Positions 35,532 to 45,532 of a stretch of DNA of 64,000 nt are shown here, one piece after another. The DNA is taken from positions 3,917-67,916 of the forward strand of contig JAMIFM010000020.1 in assembly GCA_035906255.1 (NCBI GenBank), written 5' to 3'. How positions within the stretch are numbered: position 1 is the first letter of the stretch; each line of letters opens with the position of its first letter. Below the pieces are notes generated by a model. It was given only the letters and a program-made list of their open reading frames with translations. It did no database searches and was not told where the DNA came from. This DNA comes from Bacteroidia bacterium (GTDB taxonomy: Bacteria; Bacteroidota; Bacteroidia; UBA8524). The position numbers and the translations under genes were made by a program.

Positions 35532-37166
35532 TTATTTTCGCGCGGTTTTAGCAGTTCCTTTTAACACCGCATCGTATTCAGCTAAGGCTTTCAAAGCGGT
35601 ATTAAATATCACATCGCCTTGATTTAGCACTTGGTAATATGCTTCTTTACCAAACACTTGTCTTGCTATTAACGCCTTTACCTGATTGGCCATTAAACGC
35701 TTAGAAGCCTCAAATTCAGAAGCTGCGTATGTAACATGGGCATCAGCAAGCATTTGGCGCAATTTGCCCTCTAATTGGCTACTAAAGTCAAATCGTTTAC
35801 CAAAGTCTTGGGCATCCTTATATGTCTTTTTCAGCACGTCGCGGTTATTATCCGCATATTGGTAGGCCAATCGTGTGGTAAGCCCGTTGCGGTATATATG
35901 CGTCATTAAGTCGGTGTGTATTGCACTGTCAACAGGCACAAACACATCGGGATAAATTCCGCCACCACCATATACTTTGCGCCCTGACGGGGTTTTAAAC
36001 ACCATCTTCTCATTCTTCTTCACACTATCGGGGTGGTCAAGCTCCCCTCCTCTTAAACGCTCACCTACTTCTGCCTCGTATGTATCATAGCCTTCATCAT
36101 ACGGTTTTTGTATGCTGCGTCCTGTAGGAGTATAATAACGGGCAATGGTAAGCCTTACTGCCGAACCATCGCTAAGGTTAAACGATTCTTGCACCAACCC
36201 TTTACCATACGAACGGCGACCTACAATAATCCCCCTGTCCCAATCCTGCACAGCACCCGATACAATCTCACTGGCCGAGGCTGAGCCTTCGTCCACCAAA
36301 ATCACCAGCTTGCCTTCGATAAATTCGCCTGCGTGGTCGGTAACATATTCTTTTTTCTTTTGGTTGCGGCCCTCTGTATATACCATCAGTTTGCCCTCAC
36401 CCAAAAATTCAGAGGTTATCATGGTAGCCGCATGTAAATACCCACCGGGGTTTCCCCTCAAATCCAACACAAGGCTTTCCATTCCTTCCTTTTTCAACTT
36501 ATCAAGCCCTGCTTTCAACTCGTCGTAAGTATCTTTAGCAAAGCTGTTCACTTTCAAATATCCCGTTGTGGGGTTAATCATGTAGGCTATATCAACACTT
36601 TTCAACGGTATGCGATCGCGCACAATGGTATATTTCAACAAACCTTTCATACCCGTACGTTTCAACTCCACATCAACCTTAGTGCCTTTGGTGCCTTTTA
36701 ATTTCTTAATAACATCACTATTACTAATATTTATTCCGGCCACCGTCTCGCCATTCACTTTTATAATGCGATCGCCGGGCATTATACCCGCCTTTTCCGA
36801 TGGCCCCTCAGGAAGCACCGTAGCAATAAAAATGGTATCGTTAAGCAAATTAAACTCCACTCCTATCCCCTCAAAATTTCCCTGCAATTGCTCATTAACA
36901 GCCGTTAGCTCAGCAGCGGGTATATAGTTTGAATGCGGGTCTAAATCGTGCAACATTTGCTCAATAGCCACTTCTGCCAAACGTTCATCATCCACCGTAT
37001 CCACATACTCTTTGTTTATTAACGACATCACATGGTCTATTTTGCTATTGCCCGTAAGGGTAAAACCACCTTTATTGCCTTGCAGCATAAAACCGCCCGC
37101 AACGCCTGCCGCCAATAACCCCGCGTAGATAAGGGGCTGCCATTTATTTATTTTTCGTTCTTCCAC
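35532..37166 (-). CDS. ctpA: S41-family carboxyl-terminal processing peptidase
   Basis: 544 aa. N-terminal membrane anchor, PDZ domain (GIMPGDRIIKVNG) and catalytic Ser and Lys motifs (GSASASEI ... YGKGLVQ). GTG start. Confidence 0.9.
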   Translation of the reverse strand: MEERKINKWQPLIYAGLLAAGVAGGFMLQGNKGGFTLTGNSKIDHVMSLINKEYVDTVDDERLAEVAIEQMLHDLDPHSNYIPAAELTAVNEQLQGNFEGIGVEFNLLNDTIFIATVLPEGPSEKAGIMPGDRIIKVNGETVAGINISNSDVIKKLKGTKGTKVDVELKRTGMKGLLKYTIVRDRIPLKSVDIAYMINPTTGYLKVNSFAKDTYDELKAGLDKLKKEGMESLVLDLRGNPGGYLHAATMITSEFLGEGKLMVYTEGRNQKKKEYVTDHAGEFIEGKLVILVDEGSASASEIVSGAVQDWDRGIIVGRRSYGKGLVQESFNLSDGSAVRLTIARYYTPTGRSIQKPYDEGYDTYEAEVGERLRGGELDHPDSVKKNEKMVFKTPSGRKVYGGGGIYPDVFVPVDSAIHTDLMTHIYRNGLTTRLAYQYADNNRDVLKKTYKDAQDFGKRFDFSSQLEGKLRQMLADAHVTYAASEFEASKRLMANQVKALIARQVFGKEAYYQVLNQGDVIFNTALKALAEYDAVLKGTAKTARK

Positions 37167-37291
37167 TTCAGTACCTGTGTTAATTCACCTAAACGTCAAA
37201 ACTACATTTTAGTTTATACAGACGTGCTATAAAAACGGCGAAAGTGGCGCAAATATCGTTCCTTAAAAAACACCATCTTTGCTTTTGTAAA

Positions 37292-38092
37292 ATGGAACTA
37301 AGAAATACTGAGAAACCTTCGCACTACAGCAGCCTTGATACAATGACAACGGCTGAGCTGTTGCAAGGCATTAACAACGAGGATAAAAGCGTACCCCTTG
37401 CCATTGAAAAGGTATTGCCCCAAATTGAAGCGTTGGTAAATGAAATTGTAGCCAATATGCAATTGGGAGGACGCTTGTTTTACATGGGTGCAGGAACCAG
37501 CGGCCGATTGGGTATTGTGGATGCCAGCGAATGCCCGCCAACGTTTGGAGTTGAACACGGTTTGGTAGTGGGCATTATTGCAGGCGGCGACGGAGCAATA
37601 CGCAAAGCAGTAGAGTTTGCGGAAGACGACCGCGAGCAAGGCTGGAAAGACCTTGAAGCATACACAATAAATAAAAGTGATGTGGTGATTGGAATTACTG
37701 CCAGCGGCACTACGCCTTATGTGTTGGCGGCTATTGAAAAATGCAACGCCAACGGAATAACAACAGGGGGAATTAGCTGCAACCCAAATAGCCCGCTGGG
37801 CAAACTGGCCAAATTTTCGGTAGAGGTTGATACAGGCCCTGAGTTTGTTACCGGAAGTACCCGAATGAAAGCGGGAACGGCACAAAAACTGGTACTGAAT
37901 ATGATTAGCACCACCACTATGATTCGGTTAGGCCGTGTAAAGGGCAACCGTATGGTAGATATGCAGCTTACTAACCAAAAACTGATTGAACGGGGCAGCC
38001 GCATGATTATGGAAAGCACAGGACTTGATTACGAGGCCGCTAAAGCCCTATTACTTGAAAAAGGAAGTGTGAGAAAGGCAATAGAGAGATAA
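37292..38092 (+). CDS. murQ: N-acetylmuramic acid 6-phosphate etherase
   Basis: Start set at MELRNTEK. SIS-domain motifs (GRLFYMGAGTSGRLG; ITASGTTPYVLAA; GSTRMKAGTAQK). Confidence 0.95.
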   Translation: MELRNTEKPSHYSSLDTMTTAELLQGINNEDKSVPLAIEKVLPQIEALVNEIVANMQLGGRLFYMGAGTSGRLGIVDASECPPTFGVEHGLVVGIIAGGDGAIRKAVEFAEDDREQGWKDLEAYTINKSDVVIGITASGTTPYVLAAIEKCNANGITTGGISCNPNSPLGKLAKFSVEVDTGPEFVTGSTRMKAGTAQKLVLNMISTTTMIRLGRVKGNRMVDMQLTNQKLIERGSRMIMESTGLDYEAAKALLLEKGSVRKAIER

Positions 38093-38094
38093 CT

Positions 38095-38964
38095 ATGTGG
38101 CTGGGCAAAAAACGGGGTTATTTACAAGACTGGATTACCCAAGTGTGGGTAAAAACCACAGGCCGTCGTTTTTACCCTGAAAAAGAAGCGTGGCTGACAG
38201 GCCCCTCAGGAGATACCCGTGAGATAAAAGACGAATACATATACCGTTTGTGCAAGGCTGAAAACCTACGTCTTGAAAAGAACCAGACGGGTTTCGGACT
38301 TATTGATGAAATAAATGAGTGGGGGCTTGACCCAACGGATGAACAAAGGTTACATCCTACAATTATTGATTTTTATACCCATACGTTTAATTATGGTTTT
38401 GAGGTAAAATCAACTTGGACGGGGATATTTTATCCTTTTGGGTGGCTGCTGGCTCTTATTTTTAGCCGCAGACTGCAACAATTAAACTTACCCCTTACCC
38501 CTGCCGATACTGCACAAGGACTTGAAAGCAATTTGATAAAATTGTTTGCTGATAATCAAAAAAGAGCCAAGTACACAATTTGGTACCGAACTCAAAAGAA
38601 GAAAGACACTGTTGTATTTTCAGGTATATACGGCTACACACTTGTGCCTGCTGAAAACCGTACCTGCCTTAAAATTGTTTTTCCGCTGCCTAATGGCAAT
38701 GCAACAATAATACTGGGCATAAAGGTGCTTGATGATGGCAGTTTGCGCCTTACCTCAAAAGGTAGAAAAGACGGTGACCCGGGTTTTTACTTTTTACTTG
38801 AAAACGGCAACAACGATTATTGGATAAAATATGTGAAAGCCATGCACGAGACACTGGATGTATTTGTTGATGAAAACAATGTGTTAAAAGCCTCCCATAC
38901 TTTTAAATTTTATGGCCTCACATTTATGACCTTGCATTATACCATGCACAAAAAACAATCCTGA
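38095..38964 (+). CDS. Hypothetical protein translationally coupled to murQ
   Basis: ATG lies 2 bp after the murQ stop. 289 aa with no signal peptide and no nucleotide-binding or catalytic motifs recognised. Confidence 0.5.
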   Translation: MWLGKKRGYLQDWITQVWVKTTGRRFYPEKEAWLTGPSGDTREIKDEYIYRLCKAENLRLEKNQTGFGLIDEINEWGLDPTDEQRLHPTIIDFYTHTFNYGFEVKSTWTGIFYPFGWLLALIFSRRLQQLNLPLTPADTAQGLESNLIKLFADNQKRAKYTIWYRTQKKKDTVVFSGIYGYTLVPAENRTCLKIVFPLPNGNATIILGIKVLDDGSLRLTSKGRKDGDPGFYFLLENGNNDYWIKYVKAMHETLDVFVDENNVLKASHTFKFYGLTFMTLHYTMHKKQS

Positions 38965-39897
38965 TTATTCAGGTTGTTTAAAAGGATCTTCTTGTGCAGG
39001 GTCTTGCTGCTGCTGTTGTTGTTCCTCTTCCTGCTTTTTTTGGTCGTCCAGTTTTTTCTGCTCATCTTCTGGCGACAGGTAATGGATAAGTCCTTTTTTC
39101 ACCTCTTCCTTACCATTCATAAACACCTTGTACACATACGTTGCACTGATAATATTATCCCGTTTAATCACATTCACAGGCTTTACTAAATCAGGGTAGA
39201 TAGCCACCACCTGATACGATAGGTCGTATATCATCAACGTAACCTTTCCGCGTTTCACCATTTCTTTGGGCAAAATCAGCTTATAATCGTACATCACCTT
39301 GCGGTCGGCAGGGTCAAAAGTTATTTGTTCCTTCCACAAATCCAGCAAACGGGGCGGTGTTACACCTTTAGCTCCATAAATAATATCCTCTAACCTAAAA
39401 GTAAGTTTTGTGTTTACCTGCGGTACAGCGTTTGAAACTGCATATTTCTCAAACGGAACCACAAACACCTCAAGGTTTTCAAGGTCGCGGCTGCTGCACT
39501 CAATTACAAGGTTTTTTTCACCCAACTTCAACGTATCAAGATTGGTTTTTAACGAAATCGGTTTTGCGTCAGGATTTTCTACATCCCTGATAAAAAAATT
39601 CCCACCGCTGTCTATATACAGCATACTGCCGTCAGACTCAAATAAAATAATCTCAGGAGCAAGTAGATGGCTGTATTCTGACGGGATTACACTTTCGGCA
39701 GGTAATTTTTTACCCTGTTTGTTTTTAAACACTACGCTATCGCCCGGCAGCAGGGTATTAAATAAAAATATCCTTTTGTTATCGCTGGCAGTAGTTATAT
39801 CAAAAGAGATGGTTTGCTGTGCGTTTGCCGCAAAAACTTGCAGCAGGCACACAACCGACAAAATCACTTTTTTAATATGGTTTAAAAAACCATGCAA
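38965..39897 (-). CDS. Secreted hypothetical protein with C-terminal Glu/Gln-rich low-complexity tail
   Basis: Signal peptide (VVCLLQVFAANAQ). C-terminus ...EDEQKKLDDQKKQEEEQQQQQQDPAQEDPFKQPE, encoded by the ctg/ttg simple repeat at 38990-39060. Confidence 0.5.
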   Translation of the reverse strand: MHGFLNHIKKVILSVVCLLQVFAANAQQTISFDITTASDNKRIFLFNTLLPGDSVVFKNKQGKKLPAESVIPSEYSHLLAPEIILFESDGSMLYIDSGGNFFIRDVENPDAKPISLKTNLDTLKLGEKNLVIECSSRDLENLEVFVVPFEKYAVSNAVPQVNTKLTFRLEDIIYGAKGVTPPRLLDLWKEQITFDPADRKVMYDYKLILPKEMVKRGKVTLMIYDLSYQVVAIYPDLVKPVNVIKRDNIISATYVYKVFMNGKEEVKKGLIHYLSPEDEQKKLDDQKKQEEEQQQQQQDPAQEDPFKQPE

Positions 39898-39905
39898 GGC
39901 CGTAT

Positions 39906-40703
39906 TTATTTTTTTGTGATGGTGATAGTGCCTTCGGTTATCAATGTCCCGTCGTACACTTCTACTATATACTTGTACTTGCCCTTTGGTAAATCGTTTA
40001 TGTATAAAATACTTTCAGTAGCTTTAATATTCAAATAGTCTTTTACCTCTTTTTTAGCACTATTATACAATTTAAAATTAAGTGATGTAAACTGTTTTAA
40101 CGCATCGCGTGAAACCTTTATTATCAACACTTTTTTCTCTTGCACTACACTTACACCGGCCGCCGCTTTTTGCAAATCGGTTTTTGCACGTGTACCCGTA
40201 GCATTGGCATAATTTTCTTCGATATTGGTTTGCAGCAAAGTAGTTTCACACGATACCTTTTCACCATTTTTGATAATTTCTTTACCCTGTGTGTTTACTA
40301 AATATACCGTAATATTATTTTTCCCTTCGGGTTTTGCATACAACACAGCTCCCTTTTCCCAGCAAGGCATTTCGTTGGCATACTTCGATAAAAACAATTC
40401 GCGTTTACCATTTTTAGCTTTAAAATAAATAGCCGTAGTCCTGTCGGTTTCAATGCTAAAGCTATCAGTGGCAAACAAAATTGCACGTTCACCGTAATTT
40501 TCAATTACGGGTTTTAATTCGCTTTTAGCAATACCGTCGTCAAACTTAATAATATCTGCAAAAGTACTGTCGGGCTTGTAAAACAGGTAATTGCTTCCCC
40601 TTGCTCCGGGCATGGCCGTTGTGTAATAATCGGCGGTTTGCGCTGATACACTTCCAAAAATTATTGTTGCAACAATTGCGGCAGCTATTTTGAAATTTTT
40701 CAT
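39906..40703 (-). CDS. Secreted hypothetical protein
   Basis: Signal peptide (AAIVATIIFGSVSAQ). 265 aa, Lys-rich, no recognised domain. Confidence 0.5.
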   Translation of the reverse strand: MKNFKIAAAIVATIIFGSVSAQTADYYTTAMPGARGSNYLFYKPDSTFADIIKFDDGIAKSELKPVIENYGERAILFATDSFSIETDRTTAIYFKAKNGKRELFLSKYANEMPCWEKGAVLYAKPEGKNNITVYLVNTQGKEIIKNGEKVSCETTLLQTNIEENYANATGTRAKTDLQKAAAGVSVVQEKKVLIIKVSRDALKQFTSLNFKLYNSAKKEVKDYLNIKATESILYINDLPKGKYKYIVEVYDGTLITEGTITITKK

Positions 40704-40791
40704 TTTTTCAAAGGTATTACTACAAAAACAAAAAAGCTGCCAGTGTTTTATACACAGGCAGCCTATAGGTGTCTTTTACTTAGTTAGAGCG

Positions 40792-42333
40792 TTATTTAGC
40801 AAAATTTACCGCACGACGTTCACGGATAACCGTTACTTTTATTTGACCGGGGTAAATCATTTCTTTCATAATGCGCTGACTGATGTCAAACGAAAGCATT
40901 TCTGCTTTTTCATCGCTCACGCGCTCGCTTTCAACCATCACACGCAACTCGCGACCTGCTTGTATCGCAAATGCTTTCTCTACACCATCGTATGAAAGGG
41001 CAAGGCTTTCCAAGTCTTTCAAACGCTTCATGTAGTTTTCAACATCTTCGCGGCGGGCACCGGGACGTGAACCTGAAATAGCATCACACGCCTGAACGAT
41101 GGGCGACAGCATCGAAGTCATTTCAATCTCGTCGTGGTGGGCACCAATGGCGTTCACTACTTCAGGATGTTCTTTGTACTTCTCGGCCAGTTTCATACCC
41201 AACAATGCGTGCGGTGTTTCAGCATCGTCATCGGGCACTTTACCAATATCGTGTAACAATCCTGCACGTTTGGCCAGTTTCACATTCAAGCCCAACTCAG
41301 CAGCCATAGTAGCACAAAGGTTGGCTACCTCGCGGCTGTGCTGCAACAAGTTTTGACCGTATGATGAACGATAACGCATCCTTCCCACCATACGCACCAA
41401 TTCAGGGTGCAAACCGTGTATGCCCAAATCTATACAGGTACGCTCACCTATTTCAATAACTTCTTCTTCCAGTTGTTTTTTGGTTTTAGCTACCACTTCC
41501 TCAATACGCGCGGGGTGGATACGTCCGTCTGTTACCAACCTGTGCAGTGAAAGGCGGGCAATTTCGCGGCGAATAGGATCGAAACCTGAAAGGATAATTG
41601 CCTCGGGGGTATCATCAACGATAATTTCAATACCTGTAGCTGCTTCAAGAGCACGGATGTTACGACCTTCACGACCGATAATACGACCCTTTACCTCATC
41701 GCTTTCGATGTTAAATACCGATACCGAGTTTTCTATTGCTTGTTCAGCAGCAGTACGCTGTATGGTTTGTATCACCATACGGCGGGCTTCTTTAGTTGCG
41801 GTTAGTTTGGCCTCGTCAACAATATCTTTCACGTAGGCTGATGCTTCGGTAGTAGCTTCGGCTTTCAAACTTTCTACCAATTGGGTTTTAGCTTCTTCGG
41901 CTGATAAGCCTGCCAGTTTTTCCAATTGTTTCACTTGTGTCTGATGGAATTTATCCAGCTCCTCTTTCTTTTTGGCAACAATCTCAAGCTGGTTGGTAAG
42001 GTTATCTTTAATGGTTTCAACCTCTTTCTCCTTCTTGTTCATGTTCTCCATTTTCTGATTCAGGCTTTGCTCTTTTTGCTTGGCTCTGTTTTCAGCTTGT
42101 TGAAGGTTATTGTTGCGTGAATTGGCTTCCTTTTCATGCTCTTCTTTCAAGCGCATAAAATGTTCTTTGGCCTCTAATTGTTTGTCTTTCTTAAAAATCT
42201 CTGCCTTTTGTTTTGCCTCACTAATGATAGCGGCAGCAGCACTTTTGTTCTTTTTGCTGATAAGCACCCACGTTGCACCCGCGCCTATGGCAAGCGAGCC
42301 CAAAATGGATATTACTAGGATAATACTGTCCAT
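40792..42333 (-). CDS. rny: Ribonuclease Y
   Basis: 513 aa. N-terminal TM anchor, coiled coil, KH domain and HD domain (HDIGK...). Confidence 0.95.
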   Translation of the reverse strand: MDSIILVISILGSLAIGAGATWVLISKKNKSAAAAIISEAKQKAEIFKKDKQLEAKEHFMRLKEEHEKEANSRNNNLQQAENRAKQKEQSLNQKMENMNKKEKEVETIKDNLTNQLEIVAKKKEELDKFHQTQVKQLEKLAGLSAEEAKTQLVESLKAEATTEASAYVKDIVDEAKLTATKEARRMVIQTIQRTAAEQAIENSVSVFNIESDEVKGRIIGREGRNIRALEAATGIEIIVDDTPEAIILSGFDPIRREIARLSLHRLVTDGRIHPARIEEVVAKTKKQLEEEVIEIGERTCIDLGIHGLHPELVRMVGRMRYRSSYGQNLLQHSREVANLCATMAAELGLNVKLAKRAGLLHDIGKVPDDDAETPHALLGMKLAEKYKEHPEVVNAIGAHHDEIEMTSMLSPIVQACDAISGSRPGARREDVENYMKRLKDLESLALSYDGVEKAFAIQAGRELRVMVESERVSDEKAEMLSFDISQRIMKEMIYPGQIKVTVIRERRAVNFAK

Positions 42334-42388
42334 ACGTTTTCTTTGGCTTAATTATTTTTAAGCAAGGTAGGCTGAATAAGAAATGGAG

Positions 42389-42682
42389 TTATGCAAGGCG
42401 GCTGTCTAAAAGGTTATTTATGTCTTTTAGCAGCACATCTACTTCGGCGGTAGGGCCAGTAGTTTGCTTTGTAGAAGATATCAAATCGGTTGCCAAATCA
42501 AGCGATGCCATTGCAAGGGCATCTTGTTTATCTTTTACCGAGTAGTTTTCGGTATAGTTTTTTGCTTTATCGTTGGCCAGTTTTGCGGCAGCTCTAACGC
42601 TTTCCTCAAACCCCGCATGTATACGCAACGGGTAAAACCTGTCGCAAATATTCACTTTTATCGAAATCTCTTCCACAGCCAT
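42389..42682 (-). CDS. zapA: Cell-division protein ZapA
   Basis: 97 aa. ZapA-like N-terminus (ISIKVNICDRFYPLRI) and coiled-coil C-terminus. Located upstream of rny. Confidence 0.75.
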   Translation of the reverse strand: MAVEEISIKVNICDRFYPLRIHAGFEESVRAAAKLANDKAKNYTENYSVKDKQDALAMASLDLATDLISSTKQTTGPTAEVDVLLKDINNLLDSRLA

Positions 42683-42688
42683 CTTTCT

Positions 42689-42979
42689 TTATTCGCTTAA
42701 TCTTGCAATACAACGGTCTATCTCTCTGATGTATTCATTTATTTTCAACTTCACTTCCCTTACATCGGTTTTTGAGAGGTGTAAACCTCCTGCAATTTTA
42801 ATGATTTTATTATACTCTTCTAAATCCTTAATGGTGTTTTTTTGAATATCCAGCGTTTCGCCCAGCCGTTTATTCTCATTTCCCAAACGGATATTTTCTT
42901 CGCGTAAAGCATCATTGGCAGCAGCCAGTTTTTCAACCTTTGCTTTTATTTCCAGTAATTGTTTTGCCAATGCGTCCAT
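42689..42979 (-). CDS. Coiled-coil protein (ZapB-like) co-oriented with zapA
   Basis: 96 aa, predicted all alpha-helical with heptad repeats, 6 bp upstream of zapA. Confidence 0.55.
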   Translation of the reverse strand: MDALAKQLLEIKAKVEKLAAANDALREENIRLGNENKRLGETLDIQKNTIKDLEEYNKIIKIAGGLHLSKTDVREVKLKINEYIREIDRCIARLSE

Positions 42980-43074
42980 GCTTCGCGTTTATGGTTTTTA
43001 AGTCTTCTGTTTTAAATTTATGATTTATATTCCTAATTACAAGTTTCAAGCCTCTTTAAACTTGAAACTAAAAA

Positions 43075-45462
43075 CTATTTTCTAATCACAGCCCCTACTT
43101 CTTTTTCAAATCCTTGCATCAGGCGGCCCATAATCTTCTCAATATCAGCATCAGTAAGGGTTTTTGTTTCATCCTGAAGGATAAAACTTAGTGCATACGC
43201 TTTTTTCCCTGTTTCAATTTTATCCCCCTCGTACACATCAAACACATCAATAGCACGCAGCAGTTTGCGCTCTGCCTGACGGGCAATGGTATGCAGTTGC
43301 TCAAAAGTGATTTTTTTATCAATCACCAGCGATAAATCGCGGCGCACCTCGGGGAATTTTGAAATCTCTTTTAAGGTGAATTTTTGAGCCGTTGCCTTCT
43401 GCATCAAACGTTCCCAATCAATCACGGCATAAAATACGGTGCCCTGTATATCAAAACTTTTGGTTATTTTGGGTGATACTGCCCCGTAGTTTACCAGCTT
43501 ATCACCGTCAATCTCAGCAGGACTGCCAATAATATTACGTTCCGTAAAAGGCACCTCAACCCCCATTGCGGTAAACAGGTTATCGCAGGTTTGTTTAAGG
43601 GTATAAAAATCGCTTGTACGAGTGGGGTATTTCCAACTCTCGTTTTGTTCATCACCACACAACCAAAGACTTAGCCACCATTTTTCCTTGTATTTACCCT
43701 CCACCTTGCGGTAGGTTTTACTCAACTCAAAAAACTTAAGGTTGTGAGCTTTGCGATTGCGGTTATAAGCCACTGCCTCTAACCCCGAATACAGGGTATT
43801 AAGGCGCATCACTTCCAAATCAGCACTTAGCGGGTTTAGCATACGCACCGCTTGCTGTAACTCCTCTTCGGTATAATACGATACTTTGGTGAGCGAGTTA
43901 GTTACCAACTCGTTGTATCCGTTGGCAGCCAGCATATCGGCAGCGCGGTTATACAGTTTTTCTTTATCTATACCCGTTGAAGTATTGTAAGACAGTTTTA
44001 CCGACGAGGGTATCTCTATCCTGTTTAGCCCGTATATGCGGATAAACTCTTCTATTACATCTATCTCGCGGGTAACATCAGGGCGGTAAGCAGGTACGCT
44101 TAATTGCAGACCATTTTCATCTTCACCCTCAATAGTAATATCCAATCCTGTGATGATGACTTTTACCTCACCGATTGAGGCGGTTTGACCCAATACTTCG
44201 TTTAGTTTTTTATAGCGCAGGGTAATTTTTGAAGGATTGATTTTGCGGGCATATACATCTACCACAGGGCTGCTAACGATGCCACCTGCGGTTGCTAAAA
44301 TCAGTTCCACTACCCGTTTCAGGGCGTTTACGGTGATTTCGGGGTCAGTTCCACGCTCGTAACGAAAAGAGGCATCGGTATTCAACCCCTGTGTTTTGGC
44401 TGATTTACGAATGGTACCGGGGTCGAAATAAGCACTTTCAATAAACAAGCTCGTGGTCTCATTACTCACACCGCTGTGCAAACCGCCAAACACCCCTGCA
44501 ATGGCCATCGGTTCGGCAGCATTGCAAATCAGTAATTCGTTTCCGGTAAGTGTACGTTCGGTTTTATCTAACGTGGTGAATTTTTGGCCTTGCGCAGCCT
44601 TTTTCACTACGATTTTATTGCCTGTGATTTTATCAGCATCAAATGCGTGTATGGGCTGACCCAATTCATGCAACACAAAGTTGGTAACATCTACAATGTT
44701 GTTAATGGGGCTTAACCCAATTGCTTTTAAGCGGTTTTGCAACCACGCGGGACTGGCCTTCACCTCAACTCCGCTAATGCTGATACCACTATATCGGGGG
44801 CAACCTTCGGTGTCCTCAATCACCACTTCCACAAGGTTACTACCTTGTTGGGCTGGTAACGGAGTATAGTTTACATTTACTTTTTTACCCGTAAGTGCCG
44901 CGACATCGCGGGCTACACCCAAATGACTGGCAGCATCGCCACGGTTGGCGGTAAGGCCAATTTCTATCGTAAAATCGTTTTCTACTTTAAAGTAATCCGC
45001 TCCTTGTGAGCCTACCTCTGCCGAAGCATCCAGCACCATAATACCGTCGTGGCTTGTTCCCAAGCCTACTTCATCTTCGGCGCATATCATGCCTTCCGAA
45101 ACTTCACCGCGTATTTTTGATTTGCTGATTTTAAAAGGCTCTCCGCCTGCGGGGTACAGGGTTGCACCAACAGTTGCTACTAACACTTTTTGCCCTGCGG
45201 CCACGTTGGGAGCACCGCACACAATTTGTAACAACTCAGGCCCGCCCACATCTACTTTGGTAATGCTCAAACGGTCGGCATTGGGGTGCTGCCAACGTTC
45301 TTTCACTTCGCCTATCACCAAGCCTTGCAAGCCGCCTTGTATGCTGCTTATCGGCTCAATGCCTTCTACCTCTAATCCGCAATTGGTAAGTAATACACCC
45401 AACTCTTCGGGCGATTGCTCTATATCTATCAGGGTTTTTAACCAGTTGTACGAAATTTTCAT
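43075..45462 (-). CDS. pheT: Phenylalanine--tRNA ligase beta subunit
   Basis: Start set at MKISYNWLKTLIDIE. Full-length PheT similarity with tRNA-binding, B3/B4, B5 and C-terminal FDX-ACB domains. Confidence 0.95.
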   Translation of the reverse strand: MKISYNWLKTLIDIEQSPEELGVLLTNCGLEVEGIEPISSIQGGLQGLVIGEVKERWQHPNADRLSITKVDVGGPELLQIVCGAPNVAAGQKVLVATVGATLYPAGGEPFKISKSKIRGEVSEGMICAEDEVGLGTSHDGIMVLDASAEVGSQGADYFKVENDFTIEIGLTANRGDAASHLGVARDVAALTGKKVNVNYTPLPAQQGSNLVEVVIEDTEGCPRYSGISISGVEVKASPAWLQNRLKAIGLSPINNIVDVTNFVLHELGQPIHAFDADKITGNKIVVKKAAQGQKFTTLDKTERTLTGNELLICNAAEPMAIAGVFGGLHSGVSNETTSLFIESAYFDPGTIRKSAKTQGLNTDASFRYERGTDPEITVNALKRVVELILATAGGIVSSPVVDVYARKINPSKITLRYKKLNEVLGQTASIGEVKVIITGLDITIEGEDENGLQLSVPAYRPDVTREIDVIEEFIRIYGLNRIEIPSSVKLSYNTSTGIDKEKLYNRAADMLAANGYNELVTNSLTKVSYYTEEELQQAVRMLNPLSADLEVMRLNTLYSGLEAVAYNRNRKAHNLKFFELSKTYRKVEGKYKEKWWLSLWLCGDEQNESWKYPTRTSDFYTLKQTCDNLFTAMGVEVPFTERNIIGSPAEIDGDKLVNYGAVSPKITKSFDIQGTVFYAVIDWERLMQKATAQKFTLKEISKFPEVRRDLSLVIDKKITFEQLHTIARQAERKLLRAIDVFDVYEGDKIETGKKAYALSFILQDETKTLTDADIEKIMGRLMQGFEKEVGAVIRK

Positions 45463-45532
45463 CTTTGCGCAAAGATAGGTTGCAATGTGCAAATGTGGGA
45501 ACGGGGATTTTGAGGATTTGAAGAAGTGATGA

